From Callorhinchus milii (lineage: Eukaryota), in NCBI RefSeq assembly GCF_018977255.1, contig NW_024704752.1, forward strand, positions 15,500,001 to 15,564,000: DNA of 64,000 nt. The letters run 5' to 3'. Under the pieces are notes generated by a model. It saw nothing but the letters and a program-made list of their open reading frames with translations, had not been told where the DNA came from and searched no databases. Shown in pieces: positions 12,984-26,330 of the stretch (position 1 is its first letter; each line of letters starts with the position of its first letter). Both the position numbers and the translations under genes were made by a program.

Positions 12984-13350
12984 GTGAAGTCCTGTAGCGT
13001 ATTGGTTAGAGCACTCACCTCCCAAGTGAGAGGACCTGGGTTTGATTCCCAGACAGAGCGAAACCTAAGGCAAGTTTCCTTACTCCACACACCTCTGTTT
13101 ACCTAGCAGTAAGTAGGAACCCAGTTGTTAGTCGACTGGCGGAATGCTTTTTATTAAAAAATCAATAATAATAAATTGGTCACTCAATCCACAACCTTAT
13201 GTGGGACACTGCTGTGCGCAACTGGCTGCCACGTTTTGCCCATAAAATATACAGTCAATCACTTTACAGTTTATTCTGTGAAGCGCTTTGAGACAACTCA
13301 ACAAAGTGATAGGAGCTACATCAAATCCAAGGATTATTATTATTATTATT
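12984..13350 (+). mobile_element. Full-length tRNA-derived SINE with Deu-type 3' region and (ATT)n tail
   Basis: A-box-like TAGCGTATTGG, B-box-like GGTTTGATTCC, body cctctgtttacctagcagtaagtaggaacccag, 3' tgtgggacactgctgtgcgcaactggctgcc...gtgaagcgctttgagac...aaggattattatt. Homologous to the copies at 28949, 37318 and 41576. Confidence 0.93.
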
Positions 13351-13489
13351 AAATTCTGAAACCACAATAATACCCACATTGTGTTCAAAGCTGTACATTT
13401 ACCCGTTGAGTACTGTTCAAATCATTTTTGCCATAGTTGAAGCTGCGTCCATAAATTCCTCTGAGGTGGAAAAATATTAGAGTTTGGGA

Positions 13490-13586
13490 GCGAGCAGGAG
13501 AGTAGACATAGATCATCACATTGACAGCAGAGCACACTTTATGGACTGATGGCTTGGTTCTGTGCTGTCACATTCAACGATTCTAT
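13490..13586 (+). mobile_element. CR1 3' UTR fragment
   Basis: atggactgatggcttggttctgtgctgtcacattcaacgattcta. Confidence 0.6.
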
Positions 13587-15095
13587 AATCCACACTTTTT
13601 AACATATGGACTGCTCTCCACCAAAATTTGCTAACCTGCAGAAAGGGGACCATTCATTTGTTTTAGAGAGGAAAAAGAAATATGAATCGTGATTTTCTTA
13701 ATTGTGTTGGTCCAGTTTTGGACCAAGTTCTGTTTTTATTTCCCAAAACTGCATTGCGAGCTTAGCCTGCAACAAACCACAATGATAGTAACAATAGTAA
13801 TAGAAACTTTGTTGTTAAAGAATAGAGCTTTCTGTCGCAGATTTATTTTCTATAAACAGTTGATAGCAAGCTCGTTGATATTCCATTTTCCCACACTGAA
13901 ACTGGCAAACCTAAACTGCAGAAGTTACTGTTATCCATGTATATTTAATCGAGTATTTCAAATCAGTTTTAGCGCAGGTTTTTTTTTGGTGGGGTGAAGT
14001 AAATGATTCTCTGTATGTACTGACTCCAATTTGCATTGTCATTAGCTTTGGTAGATGGTGAGCTGCGCTATACATTATATAAAGCAAAATGACTGGGAAA
14101 GCTAATGGTAGAGTAAAGTTGGCAATGCAGAACAAGTGCATCATGTTATTTGTTAATCTGCAGGAGTCTGCAGCACTTGAATCCTGAAATTTCACACTTT
14201 TGCCCCAAATGTTCTACTTCTGCATCACATCATCATTAAAACACAAGTAAGCCTCGAGCTTCATCCTTTTTCTAAAAAACATTGTTGCCGTGAGCTCTTT
14301 GCGAGTGATGGCTGTGGGAAGGTAGTGGCAGGAAGCGAGAATAAGAGCCCGAACATTATAATCAAGCCCATTTTCGTGCAGCCTATCTCTCCCCCCATCA
14401 GCTGGTGAGAGACACTTCCTAACAACAACAGTACCAGTCGTGGGCTGGAGCACTTTTGGTCCATTCACCAACGCAGGGCAAGGAAATGACTTTTTTCAAA
14501 TAACTTGTTTGTAGCCACTCATTGCTATTAATAAAAAAAATCAACTGTAAAGAAAATAGCAGATCACAAATGTGCATTGTGAACAATAATAGTTGTTCTG
14601 CTTATTATTGTGTTGAGGTCAACTCAATACCTGAAGCCTCTTACTGAAGATATCGAGACTAGTTTTACAGATAGTACCTGCTGCTGTAGAAAATGTCTGG
14701 GATTAGCAAGACTGAGAATTCAATTGAAGTTGGACTTAGACGTTCCCAGGTTTAAGATTTTGCTGTGGCTATAGATGGAGTTCTGATCCCATTGGCTGGT
14801 TGGCAACTGATTATTAATGATCTAAGATTATGGCTTCATCAATAACTGAACTTAGGTTTAACAAGAAATTTAGAAAAGCAAAGGTTTCCACCCCTCCCCC
14901 CTCATTTCCCCACAATGTAACAGGAAAAACATCCACACATTTCAACACCTTTGCTCAAGAGATACAGACCTTACCCAATCCCAATCAGACCATCGATGCT
15001 GCCAAGAAAAACTCGCACACACTACTATGTCCACGCTGCTTTTCAGACCAAATCTTACCCCACACATGCGCACAAATCCACTCAGGCACACAAAT

Positions 15096-15210
15096 GCAAT
15101 TGGCTGCCGCGTTTCACCCACAGAATATAGAGTCAATTTACTTTACAGTATACCGTATATTTCTGTGAAATGCTTTGAGACATCTCAAAGACACGATAAT
15201 TATATTATTG
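15096..15210 (+). mobile_element. SINE 3' fragment
   Basis: gcaattggctgccgcgtttcacccacagaatatagagtcaatttactttacagta...tgctttgagacatctc. Confidence 0.85.
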
Positions 15211-15842
15211 CGAATTATATTATTATCAAATAATAATATAATAATTATTATAATGTGCAGTGATTATTATTAGTAGTTAAAAATACACATAGAATTAGAC
15301 TGTCACTGGAAAAGGATGCATGTATTGCTGTTAAATTGCCAGTACCAAGCTGTTTCATCTTCATCCTTGTGGGGCACAGGGTTTTATGACTGTGATGGCG
15401 GTGAAGCATTTTGTAGAACGAGGAATTGGTCCTGAGCATGCTCAGAGAAGCATTCCGTGACTTCATGTGATCAGCAGCACTTGATGAGTAATTTCAGGGT
15501 GTCTAGCCCAGAGGTATAATTATACACACAATGAATCCACAGTGTGTTTTAATAATAGCTCAGCAGACGGGCGGAATCTAACCCGTGATTTCCCCATATG
15601 TTGGGCTGCCAATTTCAGCCACGCTGAAAGGTGATGAATACAGATCAGGCATTTCCTCACAAGGAAGAAAGAAATGACTGGGGAGTCACCCTGACCACTC
15701 TCATGCATTTCCGAGCAGATAATGACTGCACCACATTAGTGGAGAGCTGGAAATAGGTTGTCTTTCAGGAGGAAAAGGTGGCTGATGCAAACAGACAGAA
15801 AGAGGCTCAAGAGTACAAACTACACAATAATTTGCCAAAATC

Positions 15843-15958
15843 TAATAATAAAAAAAATCTTTGCATTTGATATAGCGCCTTTCACACCTTCGAGACGTCT
15901 CAAAGCGTTTCACAGAATTTACTGTAAAGTGAATTGACTGTATATTTTGAGGGGGAAA
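15843..15958 (-). mobile_element. SINE 3' fragment
   Basis: ttgcatttgatatagcgcctttcacaccttcgagacgtctcaaagcgtttcacagaa...gtgaattgactgtatattttg. Confidence 0.9.
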
Positions 15959-18420
15959 GAAATGTCATGGTAGATGTTATTATAATCGAGATATGTATCT
16001 AAGAGGTACAGTTTAAAAAAAAGTTATCCTCAGAATATTGGTTTGAAATACTGTTGGTTTGAAGAAAAAGAAAAATTCTGGAATCTTTTTGCGGTGAAAT
16101 AATTTTATTGATTGGCACATTCATTCCAATATTTTGAGAGATGAAAATTTGAGAGAGTTAAATAAAATGTTTGTAAAGGCACAGAACAATATTTGACAAT
16201 AAGTATTTCTTTTTAGGCGGAGGTGTTATGGATCCTGGTTCAACCATTATTTATGATAGGGCATTTCATATCCTCATGACCCTTTGTGAATTAATTTTCT
16301 AACTTTGCATTTTTATTTGGGGTGGGAAAGGGGGTTCTGCTGATCTTAAATTTATGCCCTATGATTCTTGTTTGTGGAAATGTGCTACTTAAAGGAGAAC
16401 AATACGAATGACCATGGCTGGCATTATCGGCACATGTTTTGATAACCACTATGTTATTAATAACATCTTCCTCCACTCCAGCTTCTCAGACATCTCCCTG
16501 CATTCAAGGGATGTTTCATTGAAGGACGTAGTGTGGAAAGCAAGCCACAGAATGCCATAACAGTCATCATTCTCACCACAATTTCCTTTTGCACTGATAA
16601 AGAATGTGCGCCATTATCTTAAGGAGCCATCATCTGCCGTGATCCCTTATCTTCACATCCTATGTAACATGAGGACAATGAACCAATGGAGACTGAAGTC
16701 AGAACTAAGGGGAAATGGTATTAAGAATTTGAATAGAATATACCCTCAGAAAACAAAGGTTGATATTTGAAAACAGGCTTCCTATCGCACATATAGAATG
16801 ATTTAGGTTTCTGTAACAATGCTTTCAAAGTCTAAAGTAAAGCATGTATTAATTATACAAATTAGAAAGGGAAATGAGGAGATAACCGTGTCTGTGAACC
16901 ATAGAGTATGTTGGTAATTGATGGCAATTTATTTCTCAGAAAAGTTGCTGCAGTCACATTGGGATAATAATAGCTATCAATAATAGCTATTGTAAATTAT
17001 TACACCTTTAATAGATATATTTGGATACTGATGGATGGCTTATAGATTGAGAGAAGGAACTATCAACGTTGAAATGTACAAGGATAAATGAACCACTAGT
17101 GCCATTTGTGAGAACACGTTAATGTTCATTCTTTTTCTGAACCAACACACATAATTGATCCCATTTTTAATTTTTTCAGACAATGAAAGAAAAAGAAAGA
17201 ATTCTTTTTTATTTATTGTGCATTATTATATTGAAATATTTCAATATGGTAATAATTGTTGGCTAATGTACAAAAAAGAAGCTTGAATCTTTGAGCCTCA
17301 GAATGTAATTGGGACAGATTGGCCCATGCAAAAATCATTGAAGCTCACTGGATTTACTGTACTTCCTAGAACTTAGCAACATAGGAATCTCTACAAACCT
17401 GTCTTCCCCTCTCCCCCTCACACGATGTTATCGAAATTCACTGATTTAAATAAAAGCACTTAGAAATAAAAGGAAAAATCAAAAAGATGTTGAACTTGAT
17501 AGTAACACTTTGCTTCTTTGAATAAAAAGCAAACTAATGATGAGACTCCTTTTTTAATGCCTGTGGTTTCATCTACGATCAAGGCCTTAATGAAAGCACA
17601 GTGCCAAGCTGTTAAAGCACACAGTGGATGAGAGGGAGGTGAAGATAAAAGGGTTATTTTGTCAAGTCTGTTGCCTGGTGTTTCTTCTGATAGCTCTACT
17701 TTACCTGGCATCCTTCTGTGGGGATTTGTGCTACAATTCGTAGATTCCAGTTGTTTGCTTTCTTTGTGCCTGCAGCTGTTTTAGGATCTGAAAATTATGT
17801 AGCCATAAAACATCTGTTAACACTCAATTTACAGATCAATTGGGAATTTTTTTCTAAGTTGCCAAATTCATTAATGTTTAAGAAAAGGCATAAGACTGAT
17901 TTAATTCTCTACATGGTGTCCGCCATTTAGAGTGAGTGGCAGCTCCATATTTGGGGCTTTATATGGAAAGCTAATAGATATATCCCACACGGCACTTCTG
18001 CCATTGTGATAAAGAGGCATCCTACTTTGAGCCTCCTCAGCTGAACTCTCTTGGCTGTTAGACCAAAACCTTCTAGTCTAGCCTTGAGTCAGCATTGGCG
18101 CTACTTCACTCTGCCGCTGATATCAGTATCCTTACTCAGAAATAACCATTTTTAGGATTTGGACACATGTGTAACTTTAATGAAAGGCCCTGTTAGGAGA
18201 TGCAAGTCTGGATATTTTTCTCCTCATTTTGGACTGTGGATATCCCCCCAAAAATGACTGCTTTATAAAATGGGTGATTTATGAAAATGAATAAACCTAA
18301 TAAAAATTAACTTATTACTATATTTAAAGACAAAGAAAAGCATATTGACTGGGAACAGAAGAAAATAAGTGATTGTCTAGATTGCTGACACTATCTTGTG
18401 ATTTTATGTACATATCTTAT

Positions 18421-18758
18421 TTGTAGAAAACCTTATTTATACCATATTTGGAGTACTGTCGACAGTTCTGGTTGCCACATTACAGGAAGGATATTGTACG
18501 ATTGGAGCGAATAATAGATTTACAAGGATGATACCAGGGATGAGTGGATATAACTCTCAAACAAGATCGGAGCGGTTGCAGCTTTTATCTTCAGTGTTTT
18601 TAAGAGGAACCTTGATGTATAAATGAGGGTGACGGGACTAAAGGACTATAGGAGAAGAGAATAGGAGGGTGGGGGTTTATGTGGAGTATAAACTCTGGCA
18701 TGAACTAGTCAGGCCGAATGGCGCGTTCCTGTGCCTTTTCATTCAATGTGATTCTATG
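18421..18758 (+). mobile_element. CR1 LINE 3' fragment (decayed ORF2 plus tail)
   Basis: Translates L*KTLFIPYLEYCRQFWLPHYRKDIVRLERI (CR1 consensus [25 protein letters not shown]); ends ggccgaatggcgcgttcctgtgcc...gattctatgt. Confidence 0.88.
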
Positions 18759-19580
18759 TGTCTCCGATGGCAATTTGATCAATTCAGCCATCAATTACCA
18801 GAATTCTTGAGCTAACTTATCAGGATGTTCTACCCTTTGCAATACAAATGGGTTTGTTGTTTAAGTTAATTGACTCTCAATAATGTCTGTGACTAAAGTT
18901 GACTTCATACAACTTTAATTCACAAAGTGAAGTGAAGGGAATGAAAGTCATTCTTTGAGGGGGCATTATTCTAACAAATTTTAAGCTGAAAAATCTTCCC
19001 CCTTTGAAGAAAGTTTTGAAATAGAAAATATTTCTATATTTTCAGATAAAAAAGAACTTTATGTTTGGTGTTTCACAGAGAGGGAGACATCTCAAGGGGA
19101 AATTATTTCAAAATTTGGACAGTCGTTTATTTATTTATTTTGACGCGGGGGTTATAAATAGACAGAAAATGCATTTATTTAAATATTTAAATTGTAGTTT
19201 GACAAGAAATTTCAGTCAATGTATCTGAAATCTCTACCAATACATCTCTGCAGTTTATTTAAAGTTACTTAGAGTGCTAAACAATACGTATTCAGAAATG
19301 GCCTGCAACTTGAAACAAAGCTGATCATAAGAAACCAGAGAAATCCCCACTGTATAATGCCATTCCCCATTGTGCTTCTTCCCTCTCAACACAACGCTAA
19401 TCTTCCCAAGGTTGTCACCCTTGCCTGCATATCTTATCAGATTAAATAAATTGTAGAATGTTTTTAATGTTTTTGAAAAACAAAGTGTTCTACCTGTGCT
19501 CGATTAGTTTATAATAAACCCGAGGATGGAGGATACCACACATGCCTTCTATTCTATTAATGTATCTAAAGTATATATTG

Positions 19581-20020
19581 TAATAATCCTTGCATTTTAT
19601 CACATTGGAAGGATGTCTTGAAGCACTTCATTGGATTTATTGTGAAATGGAGTGATTGTGTATTTGTCGGGAAATGCTGCAGTATAATTCTGTAACTCTG
19701 TCTGTCCAGTGTCTTGGGACGTCCTCCCGACATGAAAGGCGATATACAAATGTAATTTTGTTGTTGTTGTTGTATAACTGCACACAGCAATGTCCCACAA
19801 ATAGCCATGAAACGTATGATTAATTTTATTTGGGGGATTGTTGGCCAGAACACTGGGAGAACCCTTTTTGAATAGTACAGGGGAACTTTAACGTCCACCT
19901 GAACAGGCAGATGGGACTTTGGTTTAACATCTCATCCAAGAGACAGCACCTCCGACAATGCAGCACACCCACAGCATCGCAATGGAGTGTCATGTTAGAC
20001 TTTATGAGTTCAAGTCCCGA
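19581..20020 (-). mobile_element. Older Deu-domain SINE (SacSINE1/AmnSINE1-like core) interrupted by a nested insertion at 19688-19771
   Basis: ggtttaacatctcatccaagagacagcacctccgacaatgcagcacacccacagcatcgcaatggagtgtc resembles the Deu core in reverse; it shares the same 3' tail as the young SINE. Confidence 0.85.
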
Positions 20021-22807
20021 TGATGTGGGTAATGTACAATGAAAGGTTCAACTCCCCCCCCACCCCCCCCACATTCAGCAACATCCTTGAGAGTTGTCCA
20101 ACATTATTAAAGTTTTATCCACAAGATAAGTTGAGTATCATAGTTTACGTTAAGGTTTTCTTCTCTTCCAGCCAAAAAAAATCCTTTGAAGGTGCATGTC
20201 ATCTGACTGAAGTAAGTCAGGAACATTAAGACCAGATATTCAATAGATCAAAGAGCATGGAAATGCAGCAAATATGTGAACCTGATCCAATCGTATTTGT
20301 TAAATTTTTTCCCCCCATGATTGCTGACTCCACAACTGTGGTGGGTTATTTAATCATGTCAATACACTGGTAAATATACCTACACCATAACTACAGTAAA
20401 CTCCTCAGGCTGTATTTTGAAATGTTACTGTAAACAAAATTAATTGATTCTTTGATTTATACAGCATCATATATGCTTTAAAATGGGCCACAGAGTTTTC
20501 CAGTTAGAGTATCTAATAACACAGCGAATACAACTATGCTCTTGGCTTTTTTTTAAAAAAATGATTCACTCAGTAAAACTGGCAGGAACGTAATCGCTGA
20601 TTTGCATCAGCCTTTCCTAGTAGGATGCTTTATTTGAGTCTGGAATAGATTTGAGCAAGACACAAATTAATTTATTAAGATTTATTTTTTGCGTGAATCA
20701 AGGTGGCACAGAATGCTCTTTAAGTTTGCTACCTTAATACATGATTGATTATTGACAGTTCACATTTCTGCAATAAACTTTGCCTCGGTATATTAAAATG
20801 TCATATTGAACTGGAGTGTTAAAGTATAACGTGGGAAACTGATCTGATGGCAAAAGTGTTCTTCAACAAACAATAGAAGCATTTAAGGGATCACCATTTA
20901 TCACTGGCGAGAAACACACAGAATGCCAGATATTTTTCTAAAAAATAACAAAATAGATGCTTGTGATTATATCTACACTTTCCTTGTAGTTATCACCGCA
21001 CATTGGCACAGTGCACTGTCTGCTCTGACACTAATTTTAAAGTCCAAAATTAGTCTAAATATCAAACAAATTTGAGCTCAAGAGACAATGGTATATATTT
21101 TATAAAGTAATTGGCAGATTTGCGAAAGGGATTTAAATGGAGTCATCCTGTTTTAGGGTTCAAGTGATGGTTATGAAAGCTTCAAACTTCACATTTCTTG
21201 CTTTATAATATCAACCTGCAAAGGAATCAACCTGCATTTTTTGATTTTAGAAAACAACCTAATAACATTTGAATATAAATTATAGGAGATACAATGAAGG
21301 ATTTGAAGGCTTCACTCCAATCTAATCTCATGCTTGATAATGGTGATAATGTCTTATAATTCTCTCTCACGGTTTAATGTAACCTGAAATCCAATATTTC
21401 AGTTGCTCCAAGGTATCCAATATTAAATATAAAGAGTAAAAAACTCAAACTGCTTTAGCTCAAGAGCACTTACAATTTCTCTTGAAACTGGATCTAATTC
21501 CACAGTTTGAAATATTGGATAATTTAATTATTTCTTGATAGATGATATGACAGAGCGGGGTTATAATAACTTGGAAAACATAAAATGCATCTTTGAAGCT
21601 CAGATAAAAAAAAAGTCTGATTAAAATTTGTTGGAAATGTAAGACAGCATAAAGATGTGTCGTTTAGGGTACGTGGAACAAAAAATTCTTGACAGTTACT
21701 TTAAAGACAAATCATTTGAGTCAATGAGGCCTTCCCAAATTGAGATTAAGATGAGAGTCAATATATTGAGTAACTCGAAAGGGTAAAGGGTTATGAAATT
21801 CTGCAAAATAGTAAAGAACTGGGAAAAATGTACTAGTCTTAAGTCTCTGAATAGCAGTGTGTTTACAATGAAGATAGTACAATGAACTGAATTGTTTCAG
21901 AGGGGTAGTTCCTTCACTCGATATTTACTGGGGACACAGGTTAATGTTGTAGAGCAGGTTGATGGGAGCTAAACATGAATTGAGTTCATATGAGGGTTAA
22001 TGGTGTAGACAACAGATAAATGAAGGTTCAAAAAATCGGACTTAAAAAGACAGTGATGAGATTACAAGAGAGAAATGTACAAGCAGTATCTCAGTTAGTT
22101 CTAGTACTGACACGCATTCAGGAAACGCCAAGTAAGATAATTGGTTTCAATTATTGCTCGAAGGGATGGCGAAAGAAGACAGGATGGAGCTCTTTGAAGA
22201 AAAGGTCAATTTATCAAGAAATATTTTGAAAATTTAGAAGACAGGAAAAATTAGGGGCTGTTGCTATCGCTTATGTGGAAGGGCTTGGCTTGGGGGCGTG
22301 ACTATTATTTGAGAATGGTGGTTTAACTTTGGAAGAGAATACATTGCTTTGTTAGAAACGTATGAAAATAAAGGATGGCAATCAATAACTGGCAAAATGA
22401 AACTGCTTCTCCTCGGCTTTCATCAGTACAGATGTGTGATTAACTTGAGAGTGCAAGTGAACAAGAAATCAAGTAACCATTTACCTGCAGTTCAGTGGCA
22501 CTCAAATTATGACTTATACAGAATTTACCCTAGTTTTGGCAGCAAACTTTCTCATTTGTCAAACAGTAGTAGCCTTATTTTTCCCAGCAGTGTACACTAT
22601 TTCTGCCAATTTACATGGATTTTATTTTTATTTGTTGCTTCAAATGAATGTCATCATTTTGCATGTCATCTGTCTTTTCTAAAATCAGTCTGAATACATC
22701 TGGAAATCAAGATTTACAGGCTATATTAAAATCCATGTGTTCTCTACTTTTTTTTGTCAGGAGCTAATCTCAGACCAGGACTCAGTAGTTTAAAGAGTAA
22801 AGGTGAC

Positions 22808-23000
22808 CTACTCTTTAACATGAGTTTCTATTGCAAACCATTCTGTCATTAAGACATCATCTTTAACTTCATTCTCACAACCTGCATATAAACCTTTCAA
22901 CACCCTCACAGTGACTTCTGGAATCTCATATTTTGTCAAAATTTCCCATCGTGATAGTCTGCCCACACTGTCAAAAGCTTTTGTGGAAGTAGAATAAGTT
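22808..23000 (-). mobile_element. RTE-clade LINE reverse transcriptase fragment
   Basis: TKAFDSVGRLSRWEILTKYEIPEVTVRVLKGLYAGCENEVKDDVLMTEWFAIETHVK matches the RTE-type KAFDSV..LW..L..YGIP...V.....LY...............W F....GV.QG region. Confidence 0.85.
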
Positions 23001-23137
23001 GAAGATAATAGGATCTTTTTGAAATTCAATACTTTCTGATTTATATTAACCCCAATAGTGGATTAGATTTTTAACTCCAAGAACAAAACAAAAATGAATA
23101 CTCTTTTCTGCTATTGCTGTTATTCCCTTCACCAAAT

Positions 23138-23283
23138 ACATAGTTACATAGATTGATACGGCATGTAAACAGCTCATTCAACCCAATTACTCCATGACCC
23201 TGTTTAAACTCCACATGATCCCCTATCACATCTATTCCAACCCTTCCACTTCCTTCTCCCTCATGTATGCATCAATGTTTCTT
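23138..23283 (-). mobile_element. CR1 3' UTR fragment
   Basis: acatagttacatagattgatacggcatgtaaacagctcattcaaccc...ctccctcatgtatgcatc is the reversed CR1 tail. Confidence 0.75.
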
Positions 23284-24109
23284 TTAGGTTTAGTCAAAGT
23301 CAAAGCAAACACTAAAGGCGTGTAAACCAGCCCCAAATAGAATATAATTCCCAAATAACTGAGGTTAGAAGCTCCTACATAAACAAAGTACCTAACCCAA
23401 ACAGAAAGGTGTACATCTTAAGGTAGCTCAGCTGATGTGAATGGAAAACTCTGGATTACGCCCAACTTCAGTACATCCTTGATGTAAGTGACGGACCATT
23501 AACAACTCTAAATATGCCATAAAATGTCAATATCACCAAAATTGGCATTTTGGTATTGGTTGGGAGCATAAAGGACATAGTCTTGTATCATATGCAGTGC
23601 TGTACTGGTATACAACCAAATTGACTTTTGAATGTAACATTTAAAAAGGGGTTTACAATATCCTAAAATCAGGAGCCAATGCGTAAACCTCGATTCGTAT
23701 GTTATTGTCTTTCCTTGATTCGTTCAATTAAAGTGGACAATGTTTGTTCCTGGCACTGCCCTATGTATTGAAGTATTGGAGCATCAGATGTCCTCTTGGT
23801 AATTGTAAATTAATCACTGGAACTGGTTCTCTGAAAATCATCCCTTATAAAAATATTACAAACTCACTCTTGGAAGCAGATTTTATAGAATTGCACTTTA
23901 ATGATTTTTAAAGCCAAATATACTATTTGTCTGTCATCCCTTTTTAAAAATTGATATGATCTTTGTGATTTATTCTGACGATATGTGCAGATCTTAAAAT
24001 ATATTTTTGAGGATCTTCAATTGAGATATTCTTTGAAACATTCTTTGGCAAATTGATATTGGCAAAGCTTTTGGTGTTTTTTCACAACATTTGCTTATTA
24101 TGAGGACAG

Positions 24110-24290
24110 GGCCATAGTGTAACATTTCATCTGCAGGGAAGTGTCTCTCTCCAGCAGTGCCAATTAACACAAAACCGAGATGTCAGTATTCATTATGAGC
24201 CGAAGTTCTCCATGTGGGGCTTGAATCTGCAACCTTCTGGTCCAGAGATAATAGCACAGAGATAATAACACAACCAAAGGAGCCAACTGC
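24110..24290 (-). mobile_element. Degraded 5' part of a tRNA/Deu SINE
   Basis: gtgtaacatttcatctgc...gtggggcttgaatctgcaaccttctggtccagag...gagccaactgcc resembles the reversed SacSINE1-type head. Confidence 0.55.
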
Positions 24291-26134
24291 CATTCCCTCA
24301 GCCCTTCGCTAAATAACTTCATAGTCACATATTGATGACTGTAACCTTGAAAGAGATGGCAGGATTTACTCCATTAATTCTCTATTCATTCAATTCAGAT
24401 GAATTAAAACCTTTTGAAAAATAAGGACACGGACTCCATAAATGAGTACACGGAAATAGACATGTTACAGTTCATTATTTTGTAGAGGTATATAAAACAA
24501 AGGACTGCTTTGCAATAAACTGAACCAAGCGAATGCTGACTTCGAAAGAAAATCCGGCAGAAGCAACATTCCAAAGGAATTGAAGGCAGCAAAAGTGAGC
24601 TAGAGAAAATGATCCAGAGGAGAGATTTCTCTGCTGCAAGCCATGTATTGTCAGAGCAACTTAAGGCAAGCAGAGAGCAGGTGTGGTGTAATGGTGTGGG
24701 GAGCAGAAAGACCACACTCTGTATGCTATAGGCTTGTGCATTTTCTCCCCCGTGAGTTTATTGTGTTTCTATGATTTCACTGCCATCTCAAGCTCAACCA
24801 GAAATATGTTGAGGTGAATCAAAAGTGTTTGGGGAGCTTGCAGGATGAACGTACATATGATTTATATTAAAAGTTTCTCTTGGCACCATAATTTACACTC
24901 TTCCCTCAGAGAAGCCATAAAGGTGACCGGGGTGAGAAATAGAAAAATTCAAACTGGTCCAGTGGGGTGTTCTCTTCTAAGTTTAGGGTTAAAGGACATT
25001 ACTGGGCAAGAGTGGAGGGACGGTTCCTCTGTGTCTGACCTGGACTGCTCACTCCTCTCATTAGAAGCCAAAGAGTGAAAAATTATTCCAACCCTCCCCG
25101 ATTACCCCTCAACAAGTTTCACCCAAAAATATCAACTTCAAAAGAGAGAACCTTGGCTGTGGTCTGCATCTAATCACTCTCCAGTTCTCCCAGATCACAG
25201 TCTGATTTTCATTGGAAGTGATGCGTTTGTTTCCTAGATTTCTTTGATGGTTTTCTTGTATTTTGTCCCAAGTACACACACGGCGAAAGTACAGTGAATA
25301 TGGAAACAATTAAATTGTTTTGTAGAGTAGCAAAGCAATAGATTTGCTATACTTGGGACTGGGGACTTGTATATGTAATCAATCTCATTTGGTTAAGATT
25401 CCCATTGAAAGTGATCAAGATCACCAGGGACGTTGAGGATCATATTCGCTTGCGGTTTCGATCCTACTGAGAGAGTTTCAATGTCATCTGTAGAATCTAG
25501 CTGAATAACCAAGACTATAATGTGTTTTATGATGCTTTAATTGATTATTTTCAAAGATCAGTTTATTTTTACTGAAAACACTACCTGTTTACTTCTTCTT
25601 GGGCAGGAAAAGGGTGGGAAGATTCGAAGAGAGTGCAAATTCCACCTGGAATGTTGGAAATGGGAAAGCTGAACAGGCTAAATGGCTGGATGTACATTTT
25701 CTCCTTCTTCAGTTTCACCTGCTGTCAAATTATTGCAACCTGTCAAACGTGGACTGTGTGTGTGGGAGGGGCGGGGGGACACCGAGAGGTTTAATGCGGT
25801 TTTATTGTTGCATATCTGTACGCCTTCTATCTCTCATTTTCACACACCTTTCTTGTGAACATTTGAATTTTTTTTATTCTCCACAGTGGTTTACAAAACG
25901 AACCAATCTATTCATATTCTGTTGTGTTGCATTGACTAATTCATTTAGCATGGGAAGGCTGAGCAGGGTGAATGGCCAGATGTACAAACAAGTGTTTGCC
26001 ACAGGTGTCAGTCACACAACCTTTTCTGGTATTTCGAAGGGTGTTATTTTATTAGATTGTACCATTTAAAAAAACAAACTTTAATGAGAAGGATGCCAGT
26101 ACTTAGAGATGGGACTCTCTCCCCCCTTTGCACC

Positions 26135-26330
26135 CTGAGAGACTGCCATTCCTCTTTAGTCAGGGAAAGGACCATAGTAAAGCTCCATCTGCACTGATCC
26201 GATGATGTGACTTACCCCTCAATTCGAAGGAGCTCACTGTAATTACATCGCCTATAGCATTAATATGACATTATTATTTTTATGAGCTATCCCCGTGGCC
26301 TCTATGAATGAGGCTGCCAATGACTAGGAA
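26135..26330 (-). mobile_element. LF-SINE-like body remnant
   Basis: gagactgccattcc...agtaaagctccatctgcactg...atgtgacttacccc...gtggcctctatgaatgaggctgccaa. Positions 1-50 look related. Confidence 0.4.

Noticed and set aside
12984-13060. tRNA-like sequences (also at 29245-29316, 37318-37390, 41800-41872)
   Set aside because: They are SINE heads: acceptor stem not intact, followed by SINE body and tail, and divergent between copies.
16291-16476. TRIIGHKFKI resembling the CR1 TRGH motif (similar hints near 34270 and 46580)
   Set aside because: Single short motifs without convincing flanking similarity.
25599-26069. 156-aa ORF (also 46142-46597, 151 aa)
   Set aside because: No domain similarity I can recognise; composition typical of non-coding AT-rich DNA.
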